62,001 nt of DNA, filler included, from Candidatus Fermentibacterota bacterium (GCA_016928395.1; 4 parts of 4 records of this genome joined end to end with filler, not necessarily neighbours in it); one strand, 5' to 3'; positions 1-7,751 are shown, counted from the first letter of the whole stretch. Program-made: numbers and translations. Notes: generated from the sequence alone by a model not told the origin.

Positions 1-114
1 ACCGCCCCCACCTTGTACCTGGCCGCGGGATCTTCACGCTCGATCCATCTAGCGACCGGGTGATCGTTCGTCCTTGGGCTTTGACTCGTCCTACTCCCCG
101 GAACCCTCTCGACG

Positions 115-504
115 CTATGGCGCGACATCCACGAGATCGGAATACCGGCCCAGAATCCGATCAACCGTGAGCAATCGCGCCGGCTCGTGAATGGATTGCG
201 CAATGAGAATCCTATCGAACGGATCGCGGTGATGAAGGGGCAAGCGACCGACGCCTGCCGCATGCGCCGCTGTAATGGGAAGCTCGACGAAGCCTCTCTG
301 GACTGCCGTCCGTGCGATCTCGCCCGGAGCTACCGAGAGGGAGATCCGTCCTATCTGCACCTTGATGGCCAGCTCCCAGATGCTTGCCGCGGAGAAGAGG
401 ACGTCATTGTCGGGGGACTCCAGACGTTCACGAAACAAAGGTGGCAATCTCCCTGGATCAGCCGCTGCCCAGAGGAGAATGTGAGTGTCAAGCAAGACGC
501 GCAT
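115..504 (-). CDS. vapC: Type II TA toxin, VapC/PIN-domain ribonuclease
   Basis: MRVLLDTH N-terminus, SAASIWE and HHRDPFDRILIAQ PIN motifs; overlaps the upstream antitoxin. ATG at 504 preferred over GTG at 510. Confidence 0.93.
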   Translation of the reverse strand: MRVLLDTHILLWAAADPGRLPPLFRERLESPDNDVLFSAASIWELAIKVQIGRISLSVAPGEIARTAVQRGFVELPITAAHAAGVGRLPLHHRDPFDRILIAQSIHEPARLLTVDRILGRYSDLVDVAP

Positions 505-742
505 CACCACACCCCTCGAAGTCGGCGAGCACCTCTTCAGGAAGCGGCGCGTCGAAGTCCTCTGGCACTTCGAGCTTCCCGGCGAGCCAGCCGAGCACGC
601 GTCGGCCCCGCATGGTATTGGTGGGTACCAGCCGCACCATGGGCTTGCCTGCCTTGGCGATCACGACCTCCTCCCCCGCGTTCGCCTCTTCCACCAGGCG
701 CGAGAGGTGTGTCTTGGCTTCGTGCATGTTGACAGTATGCAT
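488..742 (-). CDS. Type II TA antitoxin, Phd/YefM family
   Basis: VNMHEAKTHLSRLVE..GEEVVIAKAGKP Phd signature and VPEDFDAPLPEE tail; AGGAGG SD upstream. Confidence 0.93.
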   Translation of the reverse strand: MHTVNMHEAKTHLSRLVEEANAGEEVVIAKAGKPMVRLVPTNTMRGRRVLGWLAGKLEVPEDFDAPLPEEVLADFEGCGDARLA

Positions 743-757
743 GGGACACCTCCTTGA

Positions 758-783
758 TAGACTTAACTTAGTCTAGCTAAGTC
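758..783. promoter_or_regulatory. Probable TA operator (overlapping inverted repeats)
   Basis: AT-rich TAGACTTAACTTAGTCTAGCTAAGTC with TAGACT/AGTCTA and GACTTA/TAAGTC palindromes just upstream of the Phd gene; Phd-family antitoxins autoregulate via such palindromes. Confidence 0.55.
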
Positions 784-1041
784 GGACCCATTCGTCAACC
801 ATGAGTACGCTTCACGGGACACGGCGGCCCGAGCCTGTGGCCCGAAGATCTCCGCCCGCAGCGTGAAGATGTCAGGCGCATGCTCCCGAGTCTCGAACCA
901 GCACGTATCCGGCCCCAACACCTCCGGTGTGTCGGGACGACACCAGAACAGCGTGTCATACCGCGCCACCGGTACCGTATCCCCCCATGCCCACACCGAA
1001 CTGTCCGGCGGCCAGCTCCACTCCACCCTCGTGCTGCACAA
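763..1041 (-). pseudogene. Gene fragment homologous to the N-terminal region of the 743-aa ORF (3619-5850)
   Basis: GPDTCWFETREHAPDIFTLRAEIFGP...WLTNGS aligns with GPDTCWFETREYDPDFYTFRPEVYGP...YLSNDS. No convincing start; the frame runs into the TA operator. Confidence 0.7.
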
Positions 1042-1096
1042 GCCGCACGCGAACCCGGCATCCGCCTCTCCGCCGGAATCCGGTCAGCACGCGAGG

Positions 1097-1124
1097 ACCA
1101 CTATTCTCACTTCAGAATAGTGGT
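1097..1124. repeat. Perfect 11-bp inverted repeat ACCACTATTCT-N6-AGAATAGTGGT
   Basis: Read directly; a related element occurs at 46391-46412. Confidence 0.7.
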
Positions 1125-1458
1125 AAGGATCGCTGCGGAGATGGTTGTTTCGGCTTGGCCGGCCTGGGAGAAGAGCCCGGTCCCGTGTGGGAGAGCACAC
1201 GAGGTAGGGGAGTGCCCCGGCGACCGTCCCAAACGGCTGGGATCGGAGGTCCGCCCCGGTGCGCAGGAGCTCCGCTCAATCAGGCCACTTCAGTGTTTCT
1301 GTCGCTCTCAGGGTCTCGCCCGTGCTCCCCAGCCTTGGGGCCATATCGCCCAAGCAGCGAGAATCGTGCCATGTGGGGTGCCTCGACGCGGACTCAAATC
1401 AGAAGAGAATCTCGTTGTCCTCGGAGTCCAGGTCCACGGATCCTCCTGTTGGTTCAGG

Positions 1459-2448
1459 CTACCGCTCCTCCAGCTTCTGCTTCAACTCCTGGATTCGGTT
1501 GTCGAGGTCAAAGCCCAAGTGGATGGCGTGTTCCTGATCCAGGTTCTTCAGTTCCACCCAGCGGGCCAGAGCAAGTTCCCACCTCTCCCGTCTCTCGGCC
1601 GAGTGCGCCAAGGAAGCGCAAGCGTCTGCCTTCTGGATAGCTGGAACGTCGGGATGGGCGATCACATCCTCGAGCATCTTCTCTGCGGCACTACTGTCGC
1701 CTGTGGCAAACCGAAGCGATGCAAGCTCAAGCGTAGCTGCTGCCCAGAGGCCCTCGGACGCTCCCGCACTTTGACGCGCCGCCTGGAGCAAGGATTCCGC
1801 TTCGCACACCTCTTCGGGAAGCGGTGGATGATGCGATGATTGGAGCACCAGCCTGGTTGCCATCAGGCGCCCAACAGCGCAACTGACGGCCGCCCGTGCT
1901 GCTTCACTCATTCCGGGATGAGCCAAGTACACGCGTGCGGAATCAACTGCGGCGTCGTACTTGATCTTCTCCGGCAGCCGGTAGCAGACAGTAGTCGCAG
2001 CAATGGCGAACCAATCGGGGTCGGGAGCGTTTCGCAGGGCAATGAGTCCGTGCTCTATCTTGTCAGGCAGATGACATGGCACGGAGTCCAGCATCGTGGC
2101 CTCTTCCAGTACGTCCCACGGGATTCGCGTTAGTGCCAAGTGGAGGAGGAACTCCTCTGAGCGACATGCGCTTTCCACCTCGGACAGCAGCCTCAAGGTC
2201 TCTGTGCCACGCCAGGCAATCGCAGAGAAAGGAGCGGAAATCTCTCTCATGAGGGCTGCTTTCTCACCATAGGAGCTCAGTGCGATTGCGGACTGCTGCG
2301 ACTCCCGCAAGACATCTACGATCCTTCTCCCGTCGCTAGCAGCCAGAGCCGTTCTCAGAATCGACCCACGATCTTGCTCTCCGGTATCAATGGATGCTGC
2401 CAGAGGGATCATCGCAACGAAGCTTAGGTAGACGAGTCCTGGTCTCAT
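1459..2448 (-). CDS. Exported helical-repeat (TPR-like) protein B, paralogue of 2662-3606
   Basis: Hydrophobic N-terminus (LVYLSFVAMIPLAAS), GGAGG SD, Ala/Leu-rich amphipathic helices; shares ALRNAPDxDW(F/Y)AI, DSAxxYLAxP and GFD(L/I) blocks with the paralogue. Confidence 0.72.
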   Translation of the reverse strand: MRPGLVYLSFVAMIPLAASIDTGEQDRGSILRTALAASDGRRIVDVLRESQQSAIALSSYGEKAALMREISAPFSAIAWRGTETLRLLSEVESACRSEEFLLHLALTRIPWDVLEEATMLDSVPCHLPDKIEHGLIALRNAPDPDWFAIAATTVCYRLPEKIKYDAAVDSARVYLAHPGMSEAARAAVSCAVGRLMATRLVLQSSHHPPLPEEVCEAESLLQAARQSAGASEGLWAAATLELASLRFATGDSSAAEKMLEDVIAHPDVPAIQKADACASLAHSAERRERWELALARWVELKNLDQEHAIHLGFDLDNRIQELKQKLEER

Positions 2449-2464
2449 GATTGGACGTCCTCCA

Positions 2465-2623
2465 CTACGGGGTGATTACGAGCCTGCGGCTGCTGTCTAC
2501 ATCACGAAACGCATACACGGGATTACCCTCATCATCTGTGGTCTGGATCAACCGCCAGTAGATCCACCTTGCCACGTGCCGAGTGCCCACGTTGTCGACG
2601 GCAACGCTTCGAATTGCTGGGAC
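2465..2623 (-). pseudogene. Orphan C-terminal tip of a caspase-like-domain protein (52-codon remnant)
   Basis: Translates as VPAIRSVAVDNVGTRHVARWIYWRLIQTTDDEGNPVYAFRDVDSSRRLVITP*, matching the 743-aa ORF end DDAGTQYVARWIYWEK...FESVDENRMNLVIP*. Bounded upstream by TAG (2624-2626); below the ORF-track length cutoff. Confidence 0.78.
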
Positions 2624-2661
2624 CTATGTCCCGTATCTGTAATCTTGAAGTGGCTCCATCA

Positions 2662-3606
2662 CTATGGCAAAGGATAGCGGTTCTGACTGAGCGCTTCCCT
2701 CTCCCTCTCTATGTCGAATCCCTTGCCAAAGGCCCGCTTGTAGTCCTCTCTTTCCATTAGGTCGTAGTTCTCCAGTGCACGATCCCATTCCCCGGCTCTT
2801 GCAGCTTCAAGCGCCAATGAGCGATAGGCGTAGGCCTTGACTGCACTCGGGGTGCACGCATTGCCAACTAGCTCGGTCAGGAGCAGCGTGGATGCCTCGT
2901 CACGCCCACGTCTCCGTAGTGCCCTTGCCAGCTCACGCGTGGCATACGAACGCGTTACGGCATTGCCGGCATCCTTCCGTGCTTGCTCCAGGAGTTCTTG
3001 CGCTTGGCTGAGTCGAAGGTCTCGATCAGCCTCCTGTGAAATCATTGCACATTCAACAGCCAGTGCCCCAGCTTTCCACATCAGCCATGCCCTACCCTCC
3101 GCCGACAACAAGGGCTGGGCGAGATAGCTGAGCGCTGAGTCAATTGCCGATGCATGGCCTTGGGCCATCTGGATCCCAGAGCAGAGCCGGGATGCAACAA
3201 TAGCGTACCAGTCACTATCGGGCGCATTCCTCAATGCAGCACGGCGTGACTCGATGTTGTCGGAGAACAACCATGACATCGCGGCCACCGCCAGGTTCGG
3301 GAACATGTCATGGTCGTCTGCCGCCTCTCTCAGCTCAGTCAAGAACTCGATTGTGGGCTGACCGAGACGAGGCATGTCTATGATCGCTGCCCCAACGTCG
3401 TTGGCAAGTGTAAGCTTCTGCACAAACGACGTCATTGCACGAGCCGAATCGTCGAGTTCTCTCAGGAACTCAATGGTCTGTCGGCAATCGCGCTGTTCAA
3501 GCAGTCCAGCGAACGTCGTGTACACGGTCGACTCGGGGGAGCCGGCCTGTGCGGATAGGAACATCATGGCGGCTGTCGCGACGCTCGTGCAATTCTGAAT
3601 GGCCAT
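2662..3606 (-). CDS. Exported helical-repeat (TPR-like) protein A
   Basis: Signal-like N-terminus ending AQA; GGGAGGAG SD directly after the 743-aa ORF stop; TPR-like AYAYRSLALEAARAGEWDRALENY. Confidence 0.72.
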   Translation of the reverse strand: MAIQNCTSVATAAMMFLSAQAGSPESTVYTTFAGLLEQRDCRQTIEFLRELDDSARAMTSFVQKLTLANDVGAAIIDMPRLGQPTIEFLTELREAADDHDMFPNLAVAAMSWLFSDNIESRRAALRNAPDSDWYAIVASRLCSGIQMAQGHASAIDSALSYLAQPLLSAEGRAWLMWKAGALAVECAMISQEADRDLRLSQAQELLEQARKDAGNAVTRSYATRELARALRRRGRDEASTLLLTELVGNACTPSAVKAYAYRSLALEAARAGEWDRALENYDLMEREDYKRAFGKGFDIEREREALSQNRYPLP

Positions 3607-3618
3607 ACTCTCCTCCCT

Positions 3619-5850
3619 CTATGGTATCACCAGGTTCATTCGGTTCTCATCGACACTCTCGAATGTCCACCTGTCCTCGCCGACTGGTATCTTCTCCCAG
3701 TAGATCCACCTTGCCACGTATTGGGTTCCCGCATCATCGTCCGGCCCAAGCTCACAGTCGCTGTGGTCGGGTCTGTCAGCTGCAGCCGCAACCTTCAAGA
3801 CCGAGATCGCGTTCAAGGGGCTGATGATTGTCCCGTACGGGCTGATGTTCACATATGCGTGCGCCACGTTCGCACCTATCCACGCTTCTGCCAACGACCT
3901 CGTCGCCATCATGTCCACGAACTTCTCTGCGACCAATACATCCGTAGGGTTTCCTTGCCCACCAGGAGCACCTCCTCGGTAGCCCAGCAGCCCATGGGCC
4001 TTCCTGCCCGTCATTGTGGAGATCCAGTACCTGCCCCAGTCCCCGCTCTCTCCCCCTTCGCCAAAGTTGTACTGACCAGTCTCCCGGATATGAAGCACTG
4101 AACACGCTGCCAGAATGAGCCAGTCCGTGTCCTCGCCCCAGCAATCGGCAAGATCCGCAGGCCCCATCCATAGTGTGCTATATCCCGCCTCACCCCATAT
4201 GTCCACGCTGTGCCCGTGAGCCCCAAGATAGAATAGGTCACTCGACCTGATGGCGGCTTCCGGCGAAAACGGCGCAGGCGCCTGCAGTCCGTTGTTCACC
4301 CACCTCCCACTCGTTGTCATGGCATTGACAAATGCCCACCCGTCAGGAGTGGGTGTCCCATCCGCAGCCGCGAACTCCGCAAGATCAATGCTCACCTTCT
4401 GAATGGGGAATGCCGCCGCTGCGCCATTGATCGAAAGAGACACCTGGATGTCTTCTTCGTCTTCGATCCCGATCCTTCCCATGGTCAGATCGTCGTCAGG
4501 ACCGAACACCGGCCTATCGGCGCCCGCATTGCGGAAGACATTGTTCGCGGTCTCGGTCAGGGCCGCTGAGACGACAAGCTCCGGGCTCTCGCCCCTACAT
4601 ACCCTGACCTCGGCAGAGGCTACCCCATGAAGTCCCTCTATCTCTATCCCTAGCGGTTGCCCAAGGAGGAACATGTTGCCCGATTCCATGTTGTTCGCAC
4701 CCCAATGGGTCGTCCCTCTGTAGAGATCCACACCGATGATTGTCCCTTCAACGCGGTCCCTCTTCTCCCTGCTCACCTCGCTCGCTTTGACCCTCAATTC
4801 GAGAGACCAGTCTCGGATATGGGTGCTCGGTCCGCGGGCTCCTTCCAGGTATATGCCTCCCAAGACCATCGCACTAAGCTCCCTCGCGTCTTCGGAATTG
4901 CGCGGATACCACCGCCTCACATACTCTTGTTCCGTGCCGTCAAGCAGCACTTCCATCCTATCATAAGAAGGCATCCCGAACTCCCAGACTTTGACACATT
5001 CGGCGCCTGATCCCTCGATTGAGAGTTCGAAGTATGCCCCCTCCTGCGACAAAGCGAACTCCTCGATGGTCTGGGCGGAGATACGCACGTCGATAGGCAC
5101 CATCTTGGCCATAACCGCTGGCCACTCGCCCAGCCCCATCGTGCTTCCTGTCGGATGCTCATCGTTCAGCACAACGAACACGCCGCTCCCCGGCGCCTGC
5201 TCCTGGGCTTCGGGGAGGGCGCTCCCATCAGGCAGGCGTACCACCAGGTCCACCCCCGCCGCATCGCACTCGAGATCGCCCCGCGCCTCCGCGGGCTCCC
5301 TCGTCTCCCCCCGTTCCCACTTCATGGTCACCCGACTCGTGTACGGATTGTGCGCAGGGTCCAGCCAGTTCGCGTCGTCGTCTTTCTGCTCCCACTCCAG
5401 CGTGTAGTGGTTGTCAGAGAGGGGAAGATCGTCGAGAACAAACTCCTCCTCGCTCTTCATCACCACCTCGTCCCCGCTCTCCGGCCCGTAGCTCACGGAA
5501 TGCCAATACGTCACGCCGGCCGCCGCGGGACTCTCCACGAACGAGATGCCAGCCGATCCCAGGTCCGGCAGGATCCGAAACACTGTCCGCACCGGCGTCT
5601 CCGCCTCGTCATCCTCATCCACCGGTACATCCAGGATGCGATCCGACAGCTCCTCGTCCACCTCCACCTTCACTACCCAGATGCTCAGCGAATCGTTGCT
5701 CAGGTACCAGAGGGTATCGTCAGGCGCCTCCGGCGGATACGGGCCGTATACCTCAGGCCGGAACGTGTAGAAGTCCGGATCGTACTCCCGCGTCTCAAAC
5801 CAGCATGTGTCCGGCCCCACCACGAACGAATCCCGTTCCCCGTCCACCAT
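3619..5850 (-). CDS. Large acidic protein with C-terminal caspase-like (clan CD, DUF6345-like) domain; probably 5'-truncated
   Basis: DLFYLGAHG...WGEDTDWLILAACSVL...W...HGLLGY...F...AW pattern with His-Gly and Ala-Cys at strand ends (His codon 4216-4218, Cys codon 4102-4104). The ATG has no SD and there is no signal peptide. Confidence 0.65.
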   Translation of the reverse strand: MVDGERDSFVVGPDTCWFETREYDPDFYTFRPEVYGPYPPEAPDDTLWYLSNDSLSIWVVKVEVDEELSDRILDVPVDEDDEAETPVRTVFRILPDLGSAGISFVESPAAAGVTYWHSVSYGPESGDEVVMKSEEEFVLDDLPLSDNHYTLEWEQKDDDANWLDPAHNPYTSRVTMKWERGETREPAEARGDLECDAAGVDLVVRLPDGSALPEAQEQAPGSGVFVVLNDEHPTGSTMGLGEWPAVMAKMVPIDVRISAQTIEEFALSQEGAYFELSIEGSGAECVKVWEFGMPSYDRMEVLLDGTEQEYVRRWYPRNSEDARELSAMVLGGIYLEGARGPSTHIRDWSLELRVKASEVSREKRDRVEGTIIGVDLYRGTTHWGANNMESGNMFLLGQPLGIEIEGLHGVASAEVRVCRGESPELVVSAALTETANNVFRNAGADRPVFGPDDDLTMGRIGIEDEEDIQVSLSINGAAAAFPIQKVSIDLAEFAAADGTPTPDGWAFVNAMTTSGRWVNNGLQAPAPFSPEAAIRSSDLFYLGAHGHSVDIWGEAGYSTLWMGPADLADCWGEDTDWLILAACSVLHIRETGQYNFGEGGESGDWGRYWISTMTGRKAHGLLGYRGGAPGGQGNPTDVLVAEKFVDMMATRSLAEAWIGANVAHAYVNISPYGTIISPLNAISVLKVAAAADRPDHSDCELGPDDDAGTQYVARWIYWEKIPVGEDRWTFESVDENRMNLVIP

Positions 5851-6014
5851 CTGCCAGATGCTGTCGATCCGTACATACGGATTGCTATGATTCTCCTCTC
5901 AGTAGGTGAGGGTCAGACGTGCAAGAGGACAATCGCAGGTGCTTGACCCGCTCTTCGTCATCCTGCAACTTGATCATGTAGTCCTCCATTGTCCATCCCG
6001 GAGGAACGTGTGCG

Positions 6015-6326
6015 GTGCTGATCATCTATTCGCATAGTCAGGTGCCTATTCGACTTACCCGAGAGCGTTGGCGCCACATCGTCAGCCGGCACCCCGAGAT
6101 GGCCGACAAGCAAGATCTTGTGGTCCAGACGCTTGCCGAACCCGATCTGGTCCAGGACGGGGATTTCGGCGCATTGATGGCAATCAGATGGTACCCAGAG
6201 CTGATTGATGGGGGAGCTTTCGTTGTGATGGTGTACCGAGAGGTGAGCGAGTCGGATGGATTTGTGATCACCACCTACCTCACCCGGAGGCCTTCCGAGA
6301 GGAGATCAATCGTATGGAAGCGCTGA
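6015..6326 (+). CDS. Probable type II TA toxin (DUF4258/BrnT/RelE-like BECR nuclease)
   Basis: IRLTRERWRHIVSRHPEM...GFVITTY pattern; GGAGG SD; overlaps the downstream DUF2283 gene. Confidence 0.7.
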   Translation: MLIIYSHSQVPIRLTRERWRHIVSRHPEMADKQDLVVQTLAEPDLVQDGDFGALMAIRWYPELIDGGAFVVMVYREVSESDGFVITTYLTRRPSERRSIVWKR

Positions 6327-6507
6327 GGATTCTCGAGAAGCCAACCGACGTGACGTGGGAGTACGACGAGGAGGCCGATGTGTTGTACCTTTCGATGGGC
6401 GAGCCTCGGCCTGCCATGGGCATCGACATCGGCGAGGGTACTATCGTCCGCTACGATGAGGACTCCGGCGAGGTCGTCGGCCTGACGGTCACGGGCGTAC
6501 GAGCCCG
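6314..6507 (+). CDS. DUF2283-family probable antitoxin (3' end cut by contig end)
   Basis: YDEEADVLYLS...G.IVRYD...GEVVGLTV signature. Confidence 0.8.
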
Positions 6508-6607
6508 NNNNNNNNNNNNNNNNNNNNNNNNNNNNNNNNNNNNNNNNNNNNTTAATTAATTAANNNNNNNNNNNNNNNNNNNNNNNNNNNNNNNNNNNNN
6601 NNNNNNN
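6508..6607. other. Artificial contig linker
   Basis: N44-TTAATTAATTAA-N44 (stops in all frames). Confidence 0.98.
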
Positions 6608-7123
6608 CATGTAGGGATAGCCGACCTTGGGCACGAAGTTGTTGATGGGCGTGCCCTGGGGATGCTGGACCCAACCTTGAGAGGCGGCATTCCAATAGGC
6701 GATGTTGTTGCACTGGGACACAGACTGGATGACCTGCTCAGCAGTGGTGTAGTAGGTCATGTTGAGCGGGAGCATGATTGTGCTGAAGCCTGCAGCCAGC
6801 TGGTACAGGTTCAAGTAGCTTGTGCTGTCGGGAACGCCGCCGCACAGCGTCCAGATGCCGTCAGCCGTCACAGTCGCCATATAAGGCATGCTGACCGCCA
6901 CGGCGAAGTTGTTGATCGGGCTGTTGTTCGGATGCTGGATCCAGCCTTGGGAAGCCGTATTCCAGTATGCGACTACGCTGCAGTTGGGGATGTCGTCCGC
7001 CAGAAACTCGGCGTTCGTGATGCTCGTGTCCTCCAGCGGCGTTGCCACGAACACGAAGCCGGCTGCATAAGCTCCTCCAGCCATGATGCCGAGGGTGACG
7101 ACCAAAGCGAGGATTCTCCTCAT
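6608..7123 (-). CDS. Secreted protein with tandem internal repeat (partial, 3' end missing)
   Basis: Signal peptide MRRILALVVTLGIMAGGAYA; two copies of AYWNxASQGWxQHPxxxPINNF...PYM; strong SD. Confidence 0.8.
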
Positions 7124-7221
7124 CGCTCCTCCTTTCCCTAAACTCCTTTGCGCCCGCTGCTCACCACACGAAGAGCCGCCAGACTACGGAATTCAGGATT
7201 GACGAGATAACCATACATCGG

Positions 7222-7249
7222 AAGGTAGACGCGCCCACGCAGAAGTCAA
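7222..7249 (-). promoter_or_regulatory. Candidate sigma70 promoter of the secreted protein
   Basis: TTGACT-N16-TACCTT on the minus strand about 100 nt upstream of the start. Confidence 0.35.
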
Positions 7250-7483
7250 GCGTGATGCTACCAAACCGAACCACCTCTCACAGACTATGTTTCGCGACCT
7301 CTCAGGATCTTTCGCGGCATCGGGATTTCGGCGCCGACCCCGCAGTGCTCTACCATGGTAGCTGGGCGCATGCTGTCCGCGGGATGTAGGAGGGCCTTCA
7401 GGCCCGACACCGAAGAGAGCAAACGGGCGAGTCCCAGCTGAGGCCGCTCGTACTCGTGCTCCAATGCCCCGGCTCGTCGAGTG

Positions 7484-7515
7484 CGACTACGATATCGATA
7501 TCGATAGCGATAGCG
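7484..7515. repeat. Degenerate hexamer tandem repeat (CGATA(T/G))n
   Basis: cgacta cgatat cgatat cgatag cgatag cg. Confidence 0.7.
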
Positions 7516-7536
7516 CCCCCGATCCCCCTCCCCCGC

Positions 7537-7614
7537 GGGCGGAGTCAGAGCTCCGCCCCTACGGGGCAACGGTTCCGTGCTCAGCTCCGTAGGGGCGGGA
7601 CTCCGTGCCCGCCC
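7537..7614. repeat. Inverted pair of GTAG-type REP-like palindromes
   Basis: GTAGGGGCGGAGCTCTGACTCCGCCC (minus, 7537-7562) and GTAGGGGCGGGACTCCGTGCCCGCCC (plus, 7589-7614). Confidence 0.7.
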
Positions 7615-7682
7615 TCTCGCCCGCAGCCCCGGCACCCCGCATCCGCTGGAACGAGGCCAATCTCGAAATCCGAAACGCCATG

Positions 7683-7751
7683 TCGCGGCTCACGCCGCTC
7701 CAACCCTCGGAGTTGGGTGCATCTGCCCTGTTGGAGCGCCGTGCGGCGCGA
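7683..7751. repeat. Second REP-like inverted repeat pair (TTGGAGCG...)
   Basis: Reverse complement of 7683-7703 matches 7731-7751 at 18 of 21 positions. Confidence 0.55.

Noticed and set aside
1397-1450. Possible further degenerate C-terminal tip (DLDSEDNEILF*FES) after TPR-B
   Set aside because: Only faint similarity to the tips, no VARWIYW anchor and no following TPR gene.
880-1839. Long plus-strand ORFs opposite the TPR genes, and similar shadow ORFs (e.g. 24084-25073, 30775-31797, 55461-56384)
   Set aside because: Antisense or alternative frames of well-supported genes in GC-rich DNA; no recognisable motifs.
5899-5901. TGA recoding (alternative genetic code or selenocysteine) extending the 743-aa ORF
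   Set aside because: Housekeeping genes (pta, frr, cdsA, tsf, murF) end at TGA in the expected positions, so code 11 applies; no SECIS-like evidence.
1-6507. Integron cassette array or prophage as the explanation for contig 1
   Set aside because: No integrase, phage gene or clear attC sites recognised.
6508-6607. TTAATTAATTAA palindrome inside N runs (three times)
   Set aside because: Identical artificial linker. ORFs reading into it and neighbourhoods across it are artefacts.
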